This document shows positions 59,466 through 64,000 of a stretch of 64,000 nt of DNA, one piece after another. Every line of letters starts with the position of its first letter. The first letter of the stretch is position 1. Origin of the DNA: an uncultured Candidatus Saccharibacteria bacterium. GTDB lineage: Bacteria > Patescibacteriota > Saccharimonadia > Saccharimonadales > CAYZZS01. Made by a program: the position numbers and the translations under genes. A model generated the notes under the pieces. It was not told where the DNA came from. It was given only the letters and a program-made list of their open reading frames with translations, and did no database searches. The DNA is taken from assembly GCA_964620175.1 (NCBI GenBank), contig CAZUIL010000001.1:12584-76583 (forward strand), given 5' to 3'.

Positions 59466-59533
59466 GTGCTGTCCCCCCATTGGGACCTGGGAAACTGAGT
59501 TCCCATGGCTAGACTCGCAATAAGTCCAGGCAC
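59466..59533 (-). ncRNA. Candidate four-way-junction RNA element in the 5' UTR
   Basis: GTGC/GCAC closing helix around three hairpins: CTGGACT/AGTCTAG, TGGGAA/TTCCCA, GTCCC/GGGAC. Confidence 0.45.
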
Positions 59534-59548
59534 GGAAGCGCAGCTGTT

Positions 59549-59580
59549 AAAAAAACCGGCTCTTTTGGTTGGAGCCGGTT
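59549..59580 (-). terminator. Intrinsic terminator / attenuator of cassette 2
   Basis: Minus strand AACCGGCTC-CAACCAAAA-GAGCCGGTT-TTTTT. Confidence 0.85.
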
Positions 59581-59624
59581 ATTGATTTTCGTTCTGCTTT
59601 TTAGCGTATAACTACTCCAACCAC

Positions 59625-59705
59625 TTATTTCGCCATAATGAGCACGAGACCATACTTGCGGCATGGCATGTGCTGTGCGAATAGTGTTTGAAGTTTTGTT
59701 ATCAC
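59625..59705 (-). CDS. Putative leaderless leader peptide (26 aa)
   Basis: GTG start 7 nt after the -10 box; MITKLQTLFAQHMPCRKYGLVLIMAK*. Confidence 0.5.
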   Translation of the reverse strand: MITKLQTLFAQHMPCRKYGLVLIMAK

Positions 59706-59712
59706 GAATATC

Positions 59713-59788
59713 AACTTAACGCGCACGGCGCCTATTGTCAAGCATGTTCCTGCAGTGTGTTGACAAATTTCAGCGGTAGGCACAGTAT
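59713..59788. promoter_or_regulatory. Back-to-back sigma70 promoters
   Basis: Minus: TTGACA (59741-59736)-N17-TAAGTT. Plus: TTGACA (59760-59765)-N17-CAGTAT. Confidence 0.6.
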
Positions 59789-59795
59789 TAGAGCT

Positions 59796-59852
59796 ATGGC
59801 ACGCCGCAATACAGGCATGACTATTACAGCGCACCGATTTGTGCGGTGTTGA
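59796..59852 (+). CDS. Putative leaderless leader peptide (18 aa)
   Basis: ATG 7 nt after the -10 box; MARRNTGMTITAHRFVRC* followed by two more in-frame stops. Confidence 0.5.
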   Translation: MARRNTGMTITAHRFVRC

Positions 59853-59875
59853 TAGTAGTTGCCAAAACAGACGCT

Positions 59876-59903
59876 AAAAACCCCGCAAGGGGTGATTTTA
59901 TTT
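59876..59903 (+). terminator. Terminator / attenuator of cassette 3
   Basis: ACCCC-GCAA-GGGGT then GATTTTATTT (imperfect U tract). Confidence 0.6.
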
Positions 59904-59916
59904 AAAGGGAGAGATT

Positions 59917-60147
59917 ATGGAAAACCAGCCACCGCTCGACAAGTCAAATGAAATAGTAACTGTTGATGGCCCGACCGCAGCTGAGTTACTGGGGTCTCGG
60001 GCGCTTCGTCAGCTGCAAGCCCACGAAGCAGGACAAACAAGCGAAATGGTTGAATACGGCAACGGCCGCCGGCTCAAAGTAGGCAATACAATCTTTATTC
60101 CATTTCGAAGCAACAAGGAACCTAATGCTGACCAGAGTGAGTATTGA
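59917..60147 (+). CDS. Hypothetical 76-aa protein
   Basis: AAAGGGAGAG SD upstream; no recognised family. Confidence 0.65.
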   Translation: MENQPPLDKSNEIVTVDGPTAAELLGSRALRQLQAHEAGQTSEMVEYGNGRRLKVGNTIFIPFRSNKEPNADQSEY

Positions 60148-60180
60148 CACTAGGGCCCAAATAATTTAGAATGTAGCAGA

Positions 60181-60298
60181 TTACCAAAGACAGTAGCGTT
60201 TGCCTACGAGCGAATTAAGAAGGCTACCGAGGTTCAACAAGCAAGTACGTATAGTCGTAGAGTTGTAAACGTCTTTGGTAGCCCAAAGGCTTTTTTTA
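60181..60298 (+). ncRNA. L10 leader (rplJ-rplL autoregulatory RNA)
   Basis: CCAAAGACAGTAG...ATTAA...CTACCGAGG...GTCTTTGG pattern plus AGCC-CAAA-GGCT-T7 terminator; promoter TTGACA(60144)-N17-TAGAAT. Confidence 0.85.
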
Positions 60299-60346
60299 TG
60301 GCTCGTTAACAAACAAGGTCGATCAGTAAACTAACAGAGGTTTCAA

Positions 60347-60877
60347 ATGGCTTTATCGAAAGACAAGAAGCATGAAATAGTTCGTGAGGTAGCGGACCTG
60401 CTGTCTGCCTCAAAACTAACGGTAGTAGCAAAATATCAGGGTACAACGGTGGGAGCAATGCAAACCCTGCGCCGTGAGGCCCGACAGAACGGGACAAATG
60501 TCAAAGTAGTGAAAAACCGCTTGCTTAAGAAGGCAGTGGAGCAAGTCGACACATTAAGCGAGGTGGACACCAGTATGCTAGACGGCATGTTGATGTACGC
60601 GTTTAACAGTGATGACGAAGTTGCGCCAGCACAGGCGCTCGCTACTTTTGCCAAGACCAATCCAAATATTGAATTTGTCGGTGCGATCACATCAGAAGGC
60701 AAATTCATTGGTCCAGAGGATGTCAAAGCACTAGCTGACTTGCCGAGCAAAGAACAATTGCGCGGCATGTTGGTAGGCACCATCGCGGCACCGCTAAGCG
60801 GTTTCGTCAATGTGCTGGGTGGTAATGTGCGTAGCGTATTAAATGTACTAAATGCACGTGCAGAAGCAATTAAATAG
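60347..60877 (+). CDS. rplJ: 50S ribosomal protein L10
   Basis: [22 protein letters not shown]. Confidence 0.97.
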   Translation: MALSKDKKHEIVREVADLLSASKLTVVAKYQGTTVGAMQTLRREARQNGTNVKVVKNRLLKKAVEQVDTLSEVDTSMLDGMLMYAFNSDDEVAPAQALATFAKTNPNIEFVGAITSEGKFIGPEDVKALADLPSKEQLRGMLVGTIAAPLSGFVNVLGGNVRSVLNVLNARAEAIK

Positions 60878-60887
60878 GGAGAATAGT

Positions 60888-61298
60888 ATGTCTGAAGAAG
60901 CAAGTAAAGTAGAAGTTCCAAAAGAGTTTGAAAAGCTCGTAGCTGAGCTTGATAAAATGTCAGCGCTAGAGATCAGTAAGTTCGTCAAGTTCCTTGAAGA
61001 GTACTGGGGCGTGAGCGCTGCCGCGCCAGCAATGGCAGTCGCTATGCCAGCCGGTGGAAGTGAAGCTGCGCCAGCTGAAGAGGAGAAAAGCGAGTACGAC
61101 GTTATCCTTAAGGATGCCGGGGCTCAGAAGGTTGCAGTTATCAAGGCCGTAAAGGATATAACCGGCCTTGGCCTTGGTGAAGCAAAGGCAATCGTTGACG
61201 GCGCTCCAAAGCCAGTGCTTGAAAAGGCCAAGAAGGAAGATGCTGAAAATGCCAAGAAATCGCTCGAAGAGGCTGGAGCGACGGTAGAGCTGGCGTAG
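60888..61298 (+). CDS. rplL: 50S ribosomal protein L7/L12
   Basis: [46 protein letters not shown]. Confidence 0.98.
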   Translation: MSEEASKVEVPKEFEKLVAELDKMSALEISKFVKFLEEYWGVSAAAPAMAVAMPAGGSEAAPAEEEKSEYDVILKDAGAQKVAVIKAVKDITGLGLGEAKAIVDGAPKPVLEKAKKEDAENAKKSLEEAGATVELA

Positions 61299-61337
61299 GC
61301 ATACATCTACCAGCTCCCCTGGTAACAGGATACTTTT

Positions 61338-61365
61338 ATACCCGCCGAATCCGGCGGGTATTTTT
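61338..61365 (+). terminator. Intrinsic terminator after rplL
   Basis: ATACCCGCCG-AATC-CGGCGGGTAT-TTTT. Confidence 0.85.
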
Positions 61366-61372
61366 ATCCACA
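61364..61372 (+). promoter_or_regulatory. Consensus DnaA box
   Basis: TTATCCACA upstream of the hypothetical-dnaX-dnaB genes. Confidence 0.45.
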
Positions 61373-61470
61373 GTTTTTTATTGTTGCTTTGACTTGACTT
61401 TTGAAACATGATAGTTTTAGGCGTAAGTGTACTTAAACAAACACTTTACTGTTAAGAGAGACATGAGGAC

Positions 61471-61980
61471 ATGGCAGACGTACCGGAAAAGCAAATCAAA
61501 CGGCTGAGGACGCTTATTCAGGAAGCTGAGACGAGCTTAGCGGCAGCTAAGGAACTGCTGGTAAGTCTGGTCGGTGATGACGAAGTTGTCACAACAGGTG
61601 CCAAAGAAGAGTCACTTGGCAAGGTAATCGAAGGTGTGTTTGATGGGCAAAACATGGTCGGGTCGGACAGTAAGACCTATCCGGTTCCAGCCAATTATGC
61701 ATCAAAGTCGAAATTGGTACAGGGAGACATACTGAAGCTTACCATCGCTGAAGACGGTTCCTTTTTATACAAACAAATTGGCCCTATTCCTAGAAAGCAA
61801 GTCGTCGGCACGCTTAAGCTGGAAAACGGCCACTACTACGTTGATGTCAATGGCAAGCTCTACCGCGTACTACTCGCAAGCGTCACTTATTTCAAGGCCA
61901 AGCCGGGTGATCAGGTAAGCGTCAACATTCCTGAAGACGACGCCAATGCTGAGTGGGCAGCATTGGAAGCGGCACTCTAG
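61471..61980 (+). CDS. Conserved hypothetical protein (N-terminal coiled coil, beta-barrel-like domains)
   Basis: VIEGVFDGQNM, YPVPANYASKSKLV.GD.LKL, YRVLLASVTYFK. I recall this pattern from CPR proteins of unknown function; not checked. Confidence 0.8.
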   Translation: MADVPEKQIKRLRTLIQEAETSLAAAKELLVSLVGDDEVVTTGAKEESLGKVIEGVFDGQNMVGSDSKTYPVPANYASKSKLVQGDILKLTIAEDGSFLYKQIGPIPRKQVVGTLKLENGHYYVDVNGKLYRVLLASVTYFKAKPGDQVSVNIPEDDANAEWAALEAAL

Positions 61981-62034
61981 CATAGGCAATTCAACAACAA
62001 CCATAACCATTTCAGTCAGCTATAATGGTGTGGA

Positions 62035-63510
62035 ATGGGACAAGTCTTTTATAGAAAGTACCGGTCGAGGAGTTTGGCTGAAATTGTCGGCCAGGAGCAC
62101 ATTACACAAGTGCTCAGCAATGCCCTGAAGCAAGGGAAGATCAGCCATGCTTACCTTTTTACGGGCCCGCGTGGAGTAGGAAAAACCAGCATCGCGCGTA
62201 TTTTGGCGCATGAAGTCAACAGGCTGCCGTACGATGATGAAAATCCGCACCTTGATATCATTGAAATTGATGCCGCCAGTAACCGGCGCATTGACGAGGT
62301 GAGAGACATACGCGATAAAGTCCATACCGCACCCGCAAGCGCCAAGTATAAGGTCTATATTATTGACGAGGTGCATATGCTGACAAAGGAGGCATTCAAT
62401 GCCCTCCTCAAAACGCTTGAAGAGCCACCACCCCATGCCATATTCATTCTGGCGACTACTGAAGCCCATAAGCTACCTGAGACTATCGTCAGCCGTACCC
62501 AGCGTTTCTCATTCAAGCCGGTCAAGCCGGCGGCAATCGTGAAGCATCTGGCTACCATTGCTAAACAAGAGAAAATTGATATTAGCAGCGAAGCGCTGGA
62601 GCTTATAGCCGAGCATGGGGAGGGAAGCTTCAGGGACAGCATTAGCCTGCTCGACCAAATCCACAGCAGCGGTGCGAAAGTTGACCGTGGCGCCGTAGAA
62701 CAAATGCTGGGCATAGCCCCCGCAAGCGCAATCGAACGCCTTGTCCAGGCCATAGCCACCGGAAGCTTTACGCAGCTAACAGAGGAGCTGACCGCCATAC
62801 GTGAACGCGGCTACCATGCGGCCAGTGTCAGCCGTCAGCTTATCCGCTCGTTGCGAGAAAAACTGCTTGGCAACAAGCTGGAGGCGATCCCGGCAGGGAC
62901 CGTGATTACGCTCATGCAAAAGCTGCTCGAAGTGCCCGCTGCCTCCGATCCTGACGGATTACTGGAGCTTCTCTTGTTCGAAACACAACTTAAACTGCAG
63001 CCACCGCCAAAGGGCAAAGCTGCGCTACGCGTTGAGCCACAGGCAACGCTTGCTAGACCGGTGAAGCGTAGCATGGCCAAGGGCACGAAGCAGCTTGACA
63101 GCAGCACTGCGAAGCCAAAGCCAGCAGCGAATCCCAAACTACCGAACGACATGCCATCCGATTCGTTCCAGGCGGTGTGGGACGAGGCATTGGCAACCAT
63201 TAAGCGGCGACACAACACACTCTACAGCATTATAAAGACAGCCCGTCCGGAGATAAACGGTGATGTGGTAACGTTACGGTTCGGTTACAGCTTCTACCAA
63301 AAGCAGCTCAAGGAGGAAAAGAACCGGCAAACAGTAACCAGCATATTATCCACTATAGGCGGCCGGCAACTCACTATCGAATGCGTCGTCGATAAGGCGA
63401 CCGCTAGTGCTTTGCCCAAAGCAGATACCCAGGCCCCCGACATCGCGGCAACTGACAGTCTCACAGCCATAAGCAATATCTTTGGCAGTGCGGAATTGTT
63501 AGAATCATAG
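62035..63510 (+). CDS. dnaX: DNA polymerase III subunit gamma/tau
   Basis: YRKYR, HAYLFTGPRGVGKTS, EIDAASN, IIDEVHML, NALLKTLEEPP, GSFRDSISLLDQ. Confidence 0.98.
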   Translation: MGQVFYRKYRSRSLAEIVGQEHITQVLSNALKQGKISHAYLFTGPRGVGKTSIARILAHEVNRLPYDDENPHLDIIEIDAASNRRIDEVRDIRDKVHTAPASAKYKVYIIDEVHMLTKEAFNALLKTLEEPPPHAIFILATTEAHKLPETIVSRTQRFSFKPVKPAAIVKHLATIAKQEKIDISSEALELIAEHGEGSFRDSISLLDQIHSSGAKVDRGAVEQMLGIAPASAIERLVQAIATGSFTQLTEELTAIRERGYHAASVSRQLIRSLREKLLGNKLEAIPAGTVITLMQKLLEVPAASDPDGLLELLLFETQLKLQPPPKGKAALRVEPQATLARPVKRSMAKGTKQLDSSTAKPKPAANPKLPNDMPSDSFQAVWDEALATIKRRHNTLYSIIKTARPEINGDVVTLRFGYSFYQKQLKEEKNRQTVTSILSTIGGRQLTIECVVDKATASALPKADTQAPDIAATDSLTAISNIFGSAELLES

Positions 63511-63515
63511 TACGT

Positions 63516-64000
63516 ATGGAACCTGAGGGCGCCAAATTACCGCCGCAGAACATCGACGCCGAAGCCAGCCTTCTCGGCGCGATACTGATTGACAGCGACG
63601 CCGTTGTCAAAGTGGCTGACATGTTGCAGGCGGATGACTTCTATGACGAGCGGCACAGGCGGATTTATGAAGCGGTGATCCAGCTTTACGAAAAGCACCA
63701 GCCAATTGATGTGCTGACACTGTCTGACCAGCTTAAGTCGACCGGTTTTCTTGACATGGTCGGCGGTGCTGCGTATTTAGCCGAACTAACCAATTATGTT
63801 CCCACGGCCGCTCATGCCGAACAGTACGCCGAGATTGTCGCCCAAAAGGGGATACGCAGGCGTCTTATCAAGGCTTCGCAGGAGATAGTCGGCATTGGCT
63901 TTGACGAGTCAAAATCAATCCAGGAGTTGATTGAGGAAGCGGAGTCCAGGTTGTTCGAGGTGAGCCAACGGCATATCAAACAAGATATCGTCAGCCTCGA
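63516..64000 (+). CDS. dnaB: Replicative DNA helicase DnaB (5' part, runs off the window)
   Basis: Manual translation MEPEGAKLPPQNIDAEASLLGAILID...DDFYDERHRRIYEA...PIDVLTL...GGAAYLAEL. Confidence 0.95.
   Translation, partial: MEPEGAKLPPQNIDAEASLLGAILIDSDAVVKVADMLQADDFYDERHRRIYEAVIQLYEKHQPIDVLTLSDQLKSTGFLDMVGGAAYLAELTNYVPTAAHAEQYAEIVAQKGIRRRLIKASQEIVGIGFDESKSIQELIEEAESRLFEVSQRHIKQDIVSL

Noticed and set aside
1-64000. Alternative genetic code (UGA=Gly as in Gracilibacteria/Absconditabacteria)
   Set aside because: Long conserved genes are open under code 11 with no internal TGA, and TGA ends genes such as nusG and holB.

Overview
This is a core-genome window of a Candidate Phyla Radiation (Patescibacteria) bacterium, most likely Saccharibacteria/TM7. 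The assignment rests on no rpmD/L30 between rpsE and rplO, no adk/map after secY, a Tmk-ThyX fusion, and the standard genetic code. The window holds a class A PBP (runs off the left edge and is missing from the ORF track), tyrS, recG, rsmD, hisS, tig-clpP, rpoBC, the str, S10, spc and alpha ribosomal clusters, trpS, holB, five tRNAs, secE-nusG-rplKA, a dTTP-synthesis cluster, rplJL, dnaX and the start of dnaB. Several small orphan ORFs are wedged between housekeeping genes. No CRISPR, prophage or transposase was seen. The strongest candidate for an undescribed system is a regulatory cassette found three times (42.8 kb +, 59.7 kb -, 59.8 kb +): sigma70 promoter, (near-)leaderless 18-26 aa uORF, antiterminator segment at or just before the uORF stop, intrinsic terminator, then a strong SD and a 66-83 aa orphan protein. 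One uORF carries YGFYFWF and lies upstream of trpS. Other signals are an EF-G with G4 NKxD changed to NKIN plus a rewritten G5, systematic loss of zinc-binding cysteines (RpoC, DnaX, HolB, S14, L33, L36), a tRNA-Tyr 3'-end duplication element, a perfect CIRCE before clpP, and a 17-aa ORF coupled between rplR and rpsE. All RNA pairings were identified by eye and no database searches were run.
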